Shown: positions 49,916 through 63,413 of the stretch, in pieces
Position numbering within the stretch: position 1 is the stretch's first letter
Layout: each line of letters opens with the position of its first letter
Source: Conger conger
Lineage: Eukaryota
Length of the DNA stretch: 64,000 bases
NCBI RefSeq assembly: GCF_963514075.1
Contig: NC_083761.1
Location: forward strand, 49,925,777-49,989,776
Direction of reading: 5' to 3'
The notes under the pieces: model-generated
What the model was told of the DNA's origin: nothing
The model's input: the letters and a program-made list of their open reading frames with translations, nothing else
The model's database searches: none
Made by a program: the position numbers and the translations under genes

Positions 49916-51077
49916 TACAATACCACAGTAATTTCTAAATGATGAAACCAAAATGTATAAAACTATCCTTTAATAAAATCTGAGAATGTGCACTTTAACC
50001 CCATCCTAATTGTATGATTCATAACATAACATAAGGTAATGGCAAGAACAGGCCATTCAGCCCAGCAATGCTCACCTTTGCCTACCCCTAAGTGTACCTA
50101 CTGCCTAAATTGCCTAAAAGCTAAATAGAATCTAACACCGTATCAAGCCTGGTCTTGAAAACCCCCAGTGTTTCTGCCTCCATTACATGCACTGGCAAGC
50201 TATTCCACATATTGACTACTCGCTGTGTGAAAAAATACTTCCTAATATCTGTACGGAATTTCTCAATTTGAGTCCTCTCGTGCCAATTTCCATTTGGGTC
50301 CTCTCGTTCTGCTAACCGAACTCAACCTGAAGAAATCCCTATACTTCCCTTTGTTAATCCCTTTAATGATTTTTAAAGCCTCAATCAAATCCCCCCTAAG
50401 CCTCCTTTTACTTAGTTTACAGAGATTAAGCATCCTTCCATCCTTTTATACATGGAATGAATCTGGTTGCCCTTCTCTGAACCTTTTCTAATGCCACTAT
50501 GTCCTTCTTATAGTGTGATCCCCAGAACCGTACAGTGTGGTCTAACAAGAGTATTGTATTGTATAAGGTGAGTATAACTTCCTCAGATTTATAATCAATA
50601 CTCCTGGCTATGTATCTAGGTCATTTATGTAAATGAGGAAGAGCAATGGCCCCAGCACTGATCCCTCCCCTGGATAAGGCCCCCTCCTACTACTTTCTGT
50701 GTCCTTTCTCGTAGTCAATTCTGAACCCACTTAGAAATGGCTCCTACAATTCCTACCTTTCTCATTTTGATAATGAGCTTGTCATGTGGTACCTTATCGA
50801 ATGCTTTTTGGAAATCTAGGAATACACTATCATAAAACCAGCTATCATCAAAACACTTGATTGCTTCATCAAAGAATGCCAAAAGGTTTGTCAGGCATGA
50901 ACTACCCTTTAAATGTTATTGTTTTCAATAAATAATTCCAGTTTGTCCCTAATTATAGATTCCAGCAACTAGTGTTGCACCTATGAATGGCTAAACAGCA
51001 TCCTAAAAATGTGGCTGCCTCTGCAACTTAGTGGTTACTGAAGCTCTCCAGTTTCAGGAACAACCATGGGAATATTA

Positions 51078-51362
<285 letters not shown>

Positions 51363-54300
51363 CTAGAAAGAAAGAGAGGCATTCAGACTTTTTTTTTCCT
51401 CCCCTTAACGGTGTATGTGCAGAAACAATGTAGGAAAGCAGATCCAGCAAGGCACTCCACAGCTAAAATGAGTGGGGGAAAGTAAACCATCCCTTACTTA
51501 CAGTTTGTCGAAAGTCAAAATCTGTCAGCAAGGGTTAATATTTAAAATGAAACCTAAAAGGGGCGAAGAGCTGGCAGGTGAGGCTTACACAGAAACTTTA
51601 ACAGTACTGACAAGGCAGATTCTACTCCAATATTTCAGAGCTAAAGTTTGGTTCTGACCAATAGGTTGTGCACAGAATACATGAGACTAATTAGGAATAA
51701 TTAATCAGACCACAGTTTAGTACATTCCTACGGCAAGCACCAAGATGGCTTCTCATTGACCTTAAACAACTACCAACCACATTGTGTGTGCATATGATTC
51801 AAGCTATACACCACTTATCGTGCCTCTGTTGATGTCTTCAGCTTCCACAGACTGTTCAGATTATGTTTTTAAAGATTAACACTTCTGAAAGGTCTGAGTC
51901 AGGTCGATGCTAAGACCAGGTTGACACAGAAGGAGGTGTTCGAGGAAACGGGGTGTAGAGAAAATATGGAGTACAGCAGCACAATCAGACCGAGCAGTTA
52001 TCCCCTTTAAGTGCAGCAACAGTTGTGTGATAATGTATAAGCAACATATCTGAAGTTGGGACATTAATCTTCCAACTAGAAAGCAAGAATGTCAAAGAGC
52101 ACAGAAATATATATATTTTTAAGTACAATGAGAGAGAAGACAAAAAGAGAGAGGTGGAGCAATGATTGGGGAGGGGGGGGATGTATGTACAATGTGCTGG
52201 TTAGAACCAAATACTGGAGGCAGGGAGAATCTGATTGGTCCCTACAGTGTTCTAACATTTCTTAGCACTAGACTTTCTTCCTCATCTGTATAGCAAAGTC
52301 TTGAAGAAATAAATACATCAAAATGATAATGAAAGATAAAGAAATGGCAAATGAAGAAATATAAATTTAAAAATGACCAAGACAAACAAACTAAAATGAT
52401 TTAACAAAAGAACATTTATTTCTGAGTTGAGGAAATTTGTAAGTATAATGAAATATTGCATATACTTACACACTCACACAAATGATGAAATGCAGACAAA
52501 ATGGCCACATGCACACACACACAAACAGTGCAGCATTAATCATATAAATACTGCACACATCACATAGATAAATGTTTCTATATTAAAAACAACACAAATA
52601 AATGACATTAAAACAAGACATATAATAGAACTTATAAAAATAACAATAACATGAACTTATAAAGTACATTCACAGTGAACAGAAACTGATGAACAGCAAA
52701 CTGCTTAGGGATTCTAGTGCAGACTCGATTCAAGCGAATGCACTCTGCTTTTACAAGATGGACAGGCATAAATTCTTGCACATCTGGGCACTGTAATACA
52801 TACTTCAAGTGAAAAAGTACACACAATTCAGTCCCCACATCTTAGTAGCAATTCTGCACTCTTATATGCACTATTTAACATGAATACATAATACATCACT
52901 TCAAAACACAATAAAGTTTTAAATCTGCCTCCCTTCTGCCTCTCTCCAATTTCCAATGCTGTGTTTGATCACCACACACTTGTTGATACTTAGTGAAATT
53001 ACTATGCTGGTCTTTTCCTTTTCTGAACTCATTTTTCATTGAATTGTTTTCTATGGCTTTGTGAGGACTTTGAAAGAGTGCAGGATTCCTACAGAAGAAT
53101 AAAAACAAGAAAACTTTTCCCCCTGTACAGAACATAACAGGAACATAAAAAAAAAAAAAAACTATACTCTCCATTTTCCTAAAGTGTTCATAGTCTTAAG
53201 TAATGTCTCTCAAAGGCAAGTATTTAAGAAGTGAAAGACAGTGCAAACTTCACAAATTTAATAGTTTCTTCATTGGCTATGCTTCTTTGTACTACCTCAA
53301 ATTCTATTTTTGGTTTATTTTATTGCTTTCAATTATGGCTTCAATTACTTCAATACACATTCAATTCCTATAAAGATTGTCTTTATGTTTTGCATATTTT
53401 GTATATATATAAAATTAATCATCAATATTTAGATCTTTTAAAAGAAGAAATGAAACTATTTGAATAAATAGCTGAAATAGAGAATCATTCCTAAATCTTA
53501 CTGATATGGAGGTATTCCTTGCATATTTGAGAAACTGTATAAACAAGCCAACTCTCCAAGTGAACAGTTTAAAACAGACAACTTATATTACTTCATTAAA
53601 AATTGCACAACAAAACAAACACTTGTTTACATGGTAAAACTTGAAAATATGAATTATTGCCAATGGGGCAATAAGAGAAATGTTTATCTTCTAAAAAACT
53701 TAAACACATTTTGACGAATCATCTTCCTCCTCTCCCCTTCTTTGGTGTCCCAATTACCCTCAAGACAAATTACCCTTATGATAATGATCTCCGACAGATA
53801 ATTATCATAATCATATGATTCTGTACTGGCTAATAATGCATATTTACTGAAAAATGTATTCTCATACTTTTACTTGCCGAATCCCATCAACTTTTCCCCC
53901 TAATACCTGCAAATCAAACACTTATGACAACAAAGGGATGCTCTCCAATTTCAGTGTTACCTAAGCATCCCTCCAAAAAGCTGAACATTGAAGACAGAAT
54001 TTTAAAAAGGCCCACTGAAAAACAAGACCACTATATGGTGACCATTACATTAAGATACTGAGCACCAAAAGAAACTTGACACCGAATGTTTTTGGGGAAA
54101 TTAAATGGAAGGAATCTGCATAATGATGAAATATGTTCAGCCTGACTGTATTATGCAATAATGTAACATTCTTGACTGAGCACGATACCCTTGCATGTCT
54201 CAGACCATTCCATAAGCACCACATCACCTCAACAGAAGACTGGGCACAGATGAGGCCATTTAGTCTGGAGTGAAATCAAATGCCAGGGCTTATTAGGAGA

Positions 54301-54482
54301 ACGATAAGTATACTGGAAGCTAGACCAAACTAGCGCACTGCAGCTTATGATCTGGTCACAGCCTGCAAATCTACCAAGATATTACAGCAAAGTTATGGCC
54401 TGTGACAATAAAAGGCCCTGTTCACTTCACTATGAACAAAATGTGCTGAAATGAACAATCAATCCGGCAGATTCAAAAATCA

Positions 54483-55470
54483 ATTAGGCACACGCATACA
54501 GGGCGGTCCGTAAGTATTCGGACGGATTTCTGTTCTTTTGGCTCTGTACTACAGCTGTAGTACGGAGTACTACTACTATTGGGTTTGAAATGACAGAACA
54601 CTGTCACCATTAATTTGAGGGTATTTACCTCCATAACGTATGATCCGTGTCGGAACTACATCCCTTTGTACACATAGTCTGCCCATTTTCTCAGCTGTTT
54701 CTGATTGTATTCAATCACTTCCTTTGTGTAGGAATAATAAAGCTTTCAGTATCTATTCTTGATTCAGGGCTTTTGATTGCCTTTGGAGCCTGTTATTGGT
54801 GTCTATCAACAGGAGTACCAGAGTTGTGCCAATGTAAGTGAAGGAAGCCATTCTGAAAACTACAGTAAGAAACATAGGCCTAGTAATAGGCTTGCTGAAA
54901 CAAGCTATTTGGAATATCATTAAGAAGAGAGAGCACTGGTGCATGTTTGGGATCATTGCCTTGCTGTGGGATGAAGCACCATCCAATGAATTTGGAGAGA
55001 TTCAATTGGACAGAATTAAGAATTAATTCTGATGCAGCTATCAGCAGTTACATTATCAATGAGGACAAGTGAGCCAGCACATCTGTGGCAGCCAGACATG
55101 CCCAAACACCCAAACCACCATGTTTCACAGATGACAGGGGGTGCTTGGTTCTTGGGCAGTTCCTTTAACCCTCCACACTTTGCTCTTGGCATCACTCTGA
55201 TACAAGTCAACCATAGTCTACTCGGTCTACTTTTTTTCAGGACTCAGCAGACACAAAGGCAATCAAAGGACTAGAATGAAGGCTAGACACTGAAAGCTTT
55301 CTTATACCTGTGCTGTCCAATTACTTTTGGTCCCTTAAAATGGGCAAATCCTACACAGATCACCCAATAAAGGCATAAATACCCTCAGATTAATGGTGAC
55401 AGTCTGCACTCTAACCTCATATTCATTGAACAGAAATTGTACCACTGTCCAAATACTCACGGTCTGCACT
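54483..55470. mobile_element. Non-autonomous Tc1 family-B element (~1 kb) in a TAOK2 intron.
   Basis: Termini tacagggcggtccgtaagtattcggacgg ... tgtccaaatactcacggtctgcactgtata. Its interior is homologous to 753-1933 (e.g. catcattgccttgctgtggga(a/t)ga(t/a)gcaccatccaatga). Confidence 0.7.
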
Positions 55471-58043
55471 GTATAACAGTTAAACGTTTCCTTTGATGCT
55501 TAGTAAAAAATGAGTGATTATAACAAGGAGGCATAAAGAGGGGGGGCAATACACACTGAAGACACTGTGGTGATCAGGCTATACACATTGTTCGGAGTAA
55601 ATTCACATTTTAACTGGAATACATATTAACTAAAACTATAACAATAAAAATAATATTCCCAAACCACCAATCTGATTCTACCCAGTGCTTAACCCTACAC
55701 TATATGATGCAGATAAAGGACTGCAATCCATTTGACGCTCCCGAACTTCAGAGTCTTCTGAATGAACTGACAGAGAATTAAATTCCAATTAAGGTGGTAA
55801 CCTGTCTGACAAGAAATTTCAAGTCTTTGAATTGTTAAATCCGTCATGTATAGAATTTGGCAGCTGTAATATCTGGGCTGGGAGTAGTCTGGTTCTTTGT
55901 CAACTGCATCAGCACTGCACCGTTAATAAGGATGCATACCCTGTAGTGTCAATATTACAATATGTTATGGGTATGTAATTTCCTGTGCCAATGACAAGCC
56001 TTCATAACTGACAACCACATTAAAAGTCAATTGATATCATGAGGAGAAAAAACCTCAAGGCCTCTTCATGAGATAAAATCACATTTAACATCCACCATTA
56101 CACCATCATGGCATTATCAGTAACCATACATACAACATGCTTCTTTTAGAATAACAAAATAAACTGGAAACAATATACACTTTTACAAAAAGCAGAATAT
56201 GGATGGACGCTGGAACTACACTGAGCTACAGACAATGGGGAGAAGAGAGAACATTGTATGAGTACATGTTCAATCTCACATACAACATACCGGTAACACA
56301 GAGGAGGCACAAAACATCTTTTTACCCCCTCCCCCCCTCCCAAATTGGAAAGCCCAATAACCCCAATGACTGGGTCCCCGATATAAATTCAGGAGAGTGC
56401 AGTCAAGCCCAAGCTCCCCTCTGAGAGAGGAGTTGGAGGAAGGCACTTTGTGAACAGCTTCACAGGTGGACTCACAGGCACCCAACTGAACAGCAGGAGA
56501 AAGCTGAGACTCGGATCCCCGCTGACTTAATTGGCCCTAACCCCTGGGGTGCTACCAGGATGTGGCCCCAGACCATAGACTACAATGAGAATGGCACCTT
56601 AACTGGATAAGCCACCCCAAAACTTCTCTTCAAGGTAATCATTGCACTCAACCCGATTCTGTTTATGGAGCTTGATTAACAATCCAACAACTGGAAGCAG
56701 AACCAATACCAAAAGATAAGATTACACATCTTATGTAATGCATATTCACAGAAATTGGCCAAATACAAAGCACTATTGCCCAAAGGTTTAACCTACAGAT
56801 ACAGTGAGCAGCATAATTCACTGGACAATGACACATTTATTATTTTGGTTCTGTACTCTGTCATTGTCAAGGATACAATGACAATGAGGAGTGTGGACTG
56901 TTAGCTTTAATTTGGGGGTATTTTCAGCCATATCAGATGAACAGTTTAGAAATGGTCCCCAAATTTTAAGTTAAGTATATGTTGAATTGGCTTCACAGAT
57001 GTGTTTCATGCAGGCAGGTATATTCATTTGTGTCATTAGTAAATGCAGAAGAAAGCTGTTGATGTCTAGTCTTGATTCTAGACTTACAATTGCCTTTGGA
57101 GATTGTTGGGAGTGTGACAATATGAGGAAGACCGCAGTCAATTCAAATTAAGCTGGCCGTCATATGGCTCAGAAATCAATCAATAAATCAGGAACATTGC
57201 AAGAATCCTGGGCATGCCCAAATAAATCAACCGTTTGGTTCATTATTAACAAGAAAAAAAACAACTGGTGAACTCAATTAAGTCAAAAGACCCAGTTGAC
57301 AGAAAAAGACCACTGTAGTGGATGACCCGAGGATACTCTCTATGGTGACAATGGCCTAACAGATCAAAAATCCTCCTGGATGCAGGTGTGTTAAAGTCTA
57401 CCATACATGGAAAACTACACCAGCAGGACTACAGAGGGTACACACTACAAGATGCAAACCACTGAAAAGCCTGAGGAACAGAAAGAGTTATGAATAGCTA
57501 TGTATATATGGTTTTATAATTTCTAAATGGTTAATATGATATGGATGAAAATACCCTGAAATTGAAGCCTACAGTCCCCTTCTGTGTCACTGTCCAATGA
57601 ATTATGGTGCTCACAGTATATAGAAATGCGGCACAGATTTATAATGTAAAGAGCAGTAATGCCGTTGCAACATAATATTGGTATCATCCTAGTGATTTGT
57701 ACTGGTTATTCAGTGAATTAGTTGGATAACAAAACAGATTGTTAATCAAAGACAGTTAATAAGAATATGTTGAGAGTTACGACTGATTTTAAGTTAAGGT
57801 CAGTGCCTCTTCGGTTTCCAGCTCACAAACTACCACTGACACATACAGAACGACATATAGACTTTCAAAATAACATTCATATTCAGTCGAAAAGATGGAC
57901 CTTTTGGGGTTGATGCTGGATCCAACAACAGTGAATCATGATTTAAGAATGAGACAAAAGTGCACGTCACACACATGCATATGCGTACAGACGGACAACG
58001 AAAGAAACGTTTGCAATCACACTCGCACAAACCTCTCTTAATA

Positions 58044-59720
58044 CTATCTCCAGGGAACCACCTTTCCTCTCACGCTTCTCCCTGAAGCTGTTCGTCTCAA
58101 CCCACACTCCCACCTACCCCCATCTCGAAACAACCTGTCCCTCTCCTCCCTCCTCCTCCTCTCCCTCTCTCTTTGCCTCCTCTGCCTCTCTCTCCGTTCC
58201 CGCACCTCACGAGGCAACAGTCTGGGTAACCTGCTGGCTCGCTCTTCTCTCAACAAACCAAAGGTTCTCAGCTTAGCCAAGTAGCCCTGCGGCAGTTCTC
58301 TGAGGACCCGGCTGGCCAGCTTCAGCACTACAGAGTTTGCCCAGTCAGCGAGGACCCCTATCGGGCGCCTAAGAAAACGCCTGACCCAAAGCGTACATCG
58401 AGAAGCCAGAGAGCCTCGATTTTGCCTGGAGTGATACTCCATGGGGAGGGTCCTGAGGGGGACAGGGATTTGGGATTGGCGTACCCCCCAATTCCTGCCT
58501 GCTTTCGGGAACATGTCATACAAACTCCTCTCAGCAAGACCGCCCAGAAGCGACTGACAAACCGTGAATAAGGGCTTGGGGAGTCGGAACAGAAATCTGA
58601 CCCAGAGGCGGTTGAGTTTCTTTGGGGCTTTCTGAAGGAAAACCCGGGCGGGGCGGACCACCAGAACCACGAGGAGGTAGAGGGAGAGGAAAAGGGAGGG
58701 CGAGCTGAGGAAAGAGGCCGAGACCAGAGTCACGGGGATGTAATAGAGGCCCAGGCTTAGCGAAAGACCCAGGCTGAAGAGACCACAGCCCCAAAGAGCC
58801 AGGGACAGGTAGAGGGTAAGGGAGATGGAGCAGCAGGACCGCAGGAAGAGGTAGGAGAAGAAAAGGGCAAGGAGCGCGAGCTCTCCAGACAGGAGGAGCG
58901 AGGAAAGGGAGGGGAGCGGAGGAGAGCGGCGGAGGGAGAGCAGGAAGACGGAGAGGAGGATGAGCACGGGGAGGGAGGGGCGGGCGGCGGCGGAGAGGGA
59001 CAGCAGGAGGCAGATGCAGTGGGAGAGCAGGGAGGAGAGGGAGAGCTGGCCGGGCTGGGGAGGGGGAGGGGCGGGGAGGGGAGGGGGCTCCAAATCTAAA
59101 GAGTCGGAGAAGTAGAACTCGGAGAGCTCGTCGGCCTCCCGCTTCCTCCTCCGCTCGGCACTCCTCCCCTGCTCCACGGAGAGAGACATCAGCTCCGAGG
59201 GACAGCCGTCCCCCACGCCCCGGCCTTCCTCCTCATCGACGTCCGACTCCGTTTCAGTCTCGCTCCCTTCTTCGTCCTCCCATTCCTCTCCCTCCAGCAA
59301 CATCTCGCCACTCCCTGCCCCTCCGCCTCTCCACTGCTCCTCAGCCACCGTGGCCTCCTCTGTCTCCTGCTCTCCGGGGCTCAAACTCTCCCCCTCTCTC
59401 CCCCTCTCTGTGCCGGCGCCATCGGTGGGCCGGCTCTCCTCCCAGCATTCCTCCGCCTCCCGCGTTTCAGTCTCTGCTATCCCCTCCTCTTCCCCGTTCC
59501 TTCCCTCCCCGCCCCGGTCTTCTCCTCTCTCCGCGTCCCTCGGCCCGGACGCCCCCGGGGCCTCCGAGTCCTCCCTCGAAGCGCTACCGTCCTCTCCTCC
59601 GCCCTCCTCCCCCTCCGCCCCGCCTCCCGGGGCGAGGGGCCCTCCCTCCTCCCTCCCGGCCACTCCGTCGGGCTGGTCCCCCTCCCCGGGCCCCTCCTGC
59701 CGCTGCTCAGTCTCACTCAC
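58044..59720 (-). CDS. TAOK2: TAOK2 long-isoform (alpha-type) terminal exon extension. It reads through the 59721 donor and encodes an acidic Gly/Glu-rich region, a long Leu-rich hydrophobic segment and a basic Arg-rich tail ending ...VVPWR, with a stop codon at 58044-58046.
   Basis: A 624-aa uninterrupted ORF (58044..59918) is continuous with the preceding exon. Its architecture and several motifs parallel the human TAOK2 isoform-1 C-terminus: [10 protein letters not shown] vs [18 protein letters not shown] vs RIPRLLPR, and the terminal PWR. Confidence 0.6.
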   Translation of the reverse strand: MSETEQRQEGPGEGDQPDGVAGREEGGPLAPGGGAEGEEGGGEDGSASREDSEAPGASGPRDAERGEDRGGEGRNGEEEGIAETETREAEECWEESRPTDGAGTERGREGESLSPGEQETEEATVAEEQWRGGGAGSGEMLLEGEEWEDEEGSETETESDVDEEEGRGVGDGCPSELMSLSVEQGRSAERRRKREADELSEFYFSDSLDLEPPPLPAPPPPQPGQLSLSSLLSHCICLLLSLSAAARPSLPVLILLSVFLLSLRRSPPLPSLSSLLLSGELALLALFFSYLFLRSCCSISLTLYLSLALWGCGLFSLGLSLSLGLYYIPVTLVSASFLSSPSLFLSLYLLVVLVVRPARVFLQKAPKKLNRLWVRFLFRLPKPLFTVCQSLLGGLAERSLYDMFPKAGRNWGVRQSQIPVPLRTLPMEYHSRQNRGSLASRCTLWVRRFLRRPIGVLADWANSVVLKLASRVLRELPQGYLAKLRTFGLLREERASRLPRLLPREVRERRERQRRQRERERRRREERDRLFRDGGRWECGLRRTASGRSVRGKVVPWR

Positions 59721-59960
59721 TTTGAGGCTCTTGGGCTGCTGGCGCACCTCCACGGCGTGCTTCTGGCGCAGCTCCTGCTCGCGCCGCTTGTTGTACTCCA
59801 GCTGGTTGGTGAGCTCGGTCTGGTGCTGCGTGCGGATCAGGTCGGCCCGCGTGCGCTGCACCGAGGCCAGCTGCCGGAACTCTAGCTCCTGCGTGGATTC
59901 GTGGTGCCGCAGCAGCATGGCGCACTCCAGGTCCTTCTGCGTCTGCTTCTTATTCAGGTC
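59721..59960 (-). CDS. TAOK2: TAOK2 exon encoding [80 protein letters not shown]. Its donor is used by the short beta-type isoform.
   Basis: Matches human [80 protein letters not shown]. The acceptor is ccccag|GAC and the donor is CTCAAA|gtgagtgag. Length is 240 nt. Confidence 0.85.
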
Positions 59961-60423
59961 CTGGGGGAGGGCGGGGGCATTGGGTCAGACACAGACTCTG
60001 CTTCCACGAAGAAAAGGAACCGACAGTCGCAAAGAGAAACAAGCCCTGAAACAGCACCCCCTTGAGCTGTCGTCGGACAATACTTTACTTGATGCCTGAT
60101 GTTCATAGTAACAATGCAGTTAAAATAAGCTTTAAACAGATAGATGGTAGACTAACTTGAAGTAGTCAGTGCAAGTTCACTATGGTAGCCAAGATGTGCA
60201 TTGTAGACGGTTGCTGCCAACGCTGCAGGTCAAACCGAGACTGACCTAAGTTATAATGGCTTCATTGATGCCTTGTGGCAAACACATAATACTACAGTGT
60301 GACAAACCAACGTGAATCCATAGTCCTCCCCCTAAGGGAAGTTTTTCAACCAGTAACTGCACTGGGAGACATACAAAGGCAGATGTTCAACCAGCGCCCT
60401 CTACAAGAGGGACGCAGCAGAGA

Positions 60424-60516
60424 GTAACCGCAGTGGGAGACAGACAGGCACGCAGGCAGGCATGCAGGCAGGCAGGCAGGCACGCAGGCAGGCAGGCAGG
60501 CAGGCAGGCAGGCACG

Positions 60517-60548
<32 letters not shown>

Positions 60549-60705
60549 CACGCAGGCACGCAGGCACGCAGGCACGCAGGCACGCAGAGCAACCGCACTG
60601 GGAGACACAGGCATAGTAACCGCACTGGGAGACACAGGCAGAGTAACCGCACTGGGAGACACACACAGGCAGAGTAACCGCACTGGGAGACACAGGCAGG
60701 CAGAC
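60424..60705. repeat. Compound minisatellite inside a TAOK2 intron, made of (GCAGGCAG)n with GCACGCAG variants followed by four copies of a ~31-bp unit gagtaaccgcactgggagacacaggca.
   Basis: Tandem periodicity is visible directly. It generates repeat-driven ORFs on both strands (60433..60807+, 60401..60664-). Confidence 0.85.
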
Positions 60706-60728
60706 GCAGAGCCGGGCCGCAGCGGTAC

Positions 60729-60932
60729 CTCTCTCAGCAGGTCCTGCTCCAGGTTGTGTCGCGCCAGCAGCATCTTCCTCTTGTACTGCCTGCACTGCAG
60801 CTCGTAGTACTGCCTCTGCCTGCGCAAGAGCCCGGCCTCCTCCTCCGCCTGCATCTGCTGCAGACACTCTTTCTGCCGCACCAGCCACTCCTGCTTCTCC
60901 CGCTTAGGGGTGGACTGGTTCTCGTTCAGCTC
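60729..60932 (-). CDS. TAOK2: TAOK2 exon encoding [68 protein letters not shown].
   Basis: Near-identical to human [68 protein letters not shown]. The acceptor is cgcgcag|GAG and the donor is GAG|gtaccg. Length is 204 nt. Confidence 0.85.
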
Positions 60933-61697
60933 CTGCGCGCGGGGGGAAGAGTTAAAGCAGCGCGCGGGGGGAAGAGTTAAAGCAGAGCACCGAGGCCAGG
61001 CTTCCCCGCAGAGCCGCTTGCGTGCGTGTAACAAAGCACCGCTCAAACGCACAAACACAGATCAGTGCATTTACTGCTCTTAGAGCAGGGAACCCAGAGC
61101 TGTGAGAGAAACCGGGCAGGGAAAAAATGAAATAAAAGCGGATAAGTCACTGGCAACATTATCTTTGATCAGGGAAAGTTTATGCTGCTGCAGCAAGCTA
61201 GCTTATTAGCGAGCCTGATTTTCATTCCAAAGACTGCCTTACAGCTTGCTCGCTGGGTAGTGAACATCGATTGTGAAACGGCCGCCTAGGAAGCAAGCTT
61301 AACGTCATGCAAACGAGGAAACAGGAGAGCTAGTAACTAAGTTAACTAAATTTAGGTCAAATGCCTACCAACTTTACTTCAAGAATGTTAACAATGTCCC
61401 CAATTAAATATTCCTACGAAGATTCTACACTTCTTGGACAAGACTGACAGATTTCACCTGGCTGAAAAAACAAATGTAAGGTAATGGTGAAGTGAATGCA
61501 GGCAGGCAATATAAAAAATACTATTGTTTAAGAGTATATTAAGAGTAAAATTAAATCAGGCACATTTTCCTGAAAAAAAAAAAAGACAGAACAGAGTGAT
61601 GACACGGGGCTCCATTGGAACGCAGCACGGTTAAACGAGCAGGAACGGAACGGGAGCGAAGGCGTTTTTAGCCAGGCTGCTTTTGGGTTTGTGGTAC

Positions 61698-61826
61698 CTC
61701 CTTGAGCTGCTCCTTGCGCTGGCGGTACTGGCGCTTCTGGGACTCCAGCAGGCTGGAGAGCTCCTTCTTCTGCTGGCTCAGGATGTGCTGCTGGAACTTC
61801 TTCTCCTCAGTCGACGCCGCCTTCGT
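61698..61826 (-). CDS. TAOK2: TAOK2 exon encoding [43 protein letters not shown].
   Basis: Matches human [43 protein letters not shown]. The acceptor is ctgcag|ACG and the donor is GAG|gtacca. Length is 129 nt, phase 0. Confidence 0.8.
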
Positions 61827-62286
61827 CTGCAGACGAGCACACAAACGGGGAGAGAGAGGAGCAGGACGGTCACTCCTGTGATCTGATCCACCGACACGGC
61901 TCAGGTGAGCGGCGAGCGAGTCCACTGTAAACTAGCTCATTCCCAGGGGATCGCTCCCTGCACCTTATTCAGGTTCAGAACGGAAAGGTCCCTACCCAGC
62001 ATTCTGTCCAATCACCTGACTTTGCCAATTAGCAAAATTCTTCAGCCAAGCAGGAGACAAAACTAATAGGTCAAATCAAGTTCATGACAGGGCTGGGTAT
62101 CGTGTAAAAAATAATTCTAGTCCAATACCAACACCTTGACTTTAATTCAAGTTTTTTTCCCCCCATGATACTTTACATATACAATTAAGAAAGGTATTGA
62201 GTTACAAGTCAAATACCTCTTTAAAAAAACTTGGGCATATTCATAAATTCAGTGTTCTCTGTTAGTTACTGCAGTAACTTGATGCG

Positions 62287-62560
62287 ATAAAGCGTAAGTA
62301 AATGGTAAATGGTTGGCATCTATATAGCGCCTTTATCCAAAGCACTGTACAATTGATGCTTCTCTTTCACCCATTCATACACACACTCACACATCAACAG
62401 CGATTGGCTGCCATGCAAGGCACTGACCAGCTCGTCAGGAGCAAATGGGGGTTAGGTGTCTGACACTTCGACACAGCCCGGGTGGGGGATCGAACCGGCA
62501 ACCCTCCGACTGCCAGACGACTGCTCTTACTGCCTGAGCCATGTCGCCCCCCAATTACAG
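62287..62560 (-). mobile_element. Complete copy of the second tRNA-SINE family in a TAOK2 intron.
   Basis: Same structure as 42785-43047. Begins gtaaatggtaaatggttggcatctatatagcgcctttatccaaagcactgtacaattgatgc... and ends ...gactgctcttactgcctgagccatgtcgcccccc. Confidence 0.75.
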
Positions 62561-63176
62561 CATCAGCGTAGCAAACAGTAACGTTACAGGCTAGCCAACG
62601 TTATGTTAGCTACCTGCTAAAGACCCAGTCTTGTATTTGAAAAGCTGAGAGGACTCTGCAGGCTGCGGTCCAGTCTTCTTGCAGTCAAACGGTGCAGCTC
62701 TCTGCTCTTAAATCTATGCTGTGCACAGTCAAATGCTTCAATGAATTTGATGAGCTGTCAGTATTTACAGCGCTTCCCTTCGCATATATATTGCAACATG
62801 TGTAACTGGCATCAAATCCGATAAAAAGCGATGCTTTCTCTTTTCAGATACAGAAGAGAGTCCACAGGAGTAACGTTAGTGTTGTTGTCTACAAATGCAA
62901 GTTAGACAGCCAATCACCAAGCTAGGAACAAGCATGCTTAGACAGACAACTTGGGTCACAAATGCTGATGATGAGCTGATCTGCTTCAGTATTACCTTTT
63001 TTTTTTTTTAAACAAAACTTGATACTGCAGAACATCCTGTTTTTTGATACTCAAAGCAATGTGGCATCGACGCAATTTGGTCAGTACCCCTCTGACCCGC
63101 AGCCAATACCACCCAAACGCAAGGTTAACCCTCAACCATGTACCTCAGGGACTCCATTTCCCATGTGTCCTCTCAC

Positions 63177-63413
63177 CTCCTTCTCCAAGATGCCCTGGTG
63201 CTTCTTGCCCTGCTTCTCCCCCTCCCCTCCGAAGCTGTTCCTCTGGGTCTCCAGCTCCTTGTCGAGCCGCAGCTGGTGCTCGTCCATCTCCGCCTTGAGC
63301 TTGTTCTCCAGCGCCATCAGCTGCTTCTGGTGCTGCCGCCGCATGCGCTTGTAGCCTGACATCTGCTCCCGCAGCGCCGAGCCCTGCTCGTGCTCCTGGA
63401 TCTGCCTCGTCAC
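63177..63413 (-). CDS. TAOK2: TAOK2 coiled-coil exon, the most 5' exon in this window. It encodes [62 protein letters not shown]...GILEKE.
   Basis: Peptide matches human TAOK2 around [36 protein letters not shown]. The acceptor is ccccag|GTG and the donor is GAG|gtgaga. Length is 237 nt, in frame with ORF 63132..63563. Confidence 0.8.

Noticed and set aside
59350-60099. 249-aa plus-strand ORF and several 70-150 aa ORFs overlapping 58.5-59.9 kb
   Set aside because: They are antisense or frameshifted readings of the purine/pyrimidine-biased TAOK2 long terminal exon. CT- or GA-only sequence lacks stop codons, so these ORFs are compositional artefacts.
60346-61058. 180- and 223-aa minus-strand ORFs
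   Set aside because: Only residues corresponding to 60729-60932 ([13 protein letters not shown]...DLLRE) are TAOK2 coding. The rest is translation of the GCAG/31-bp minisatellite ([11 protein letters not shown] repeats).
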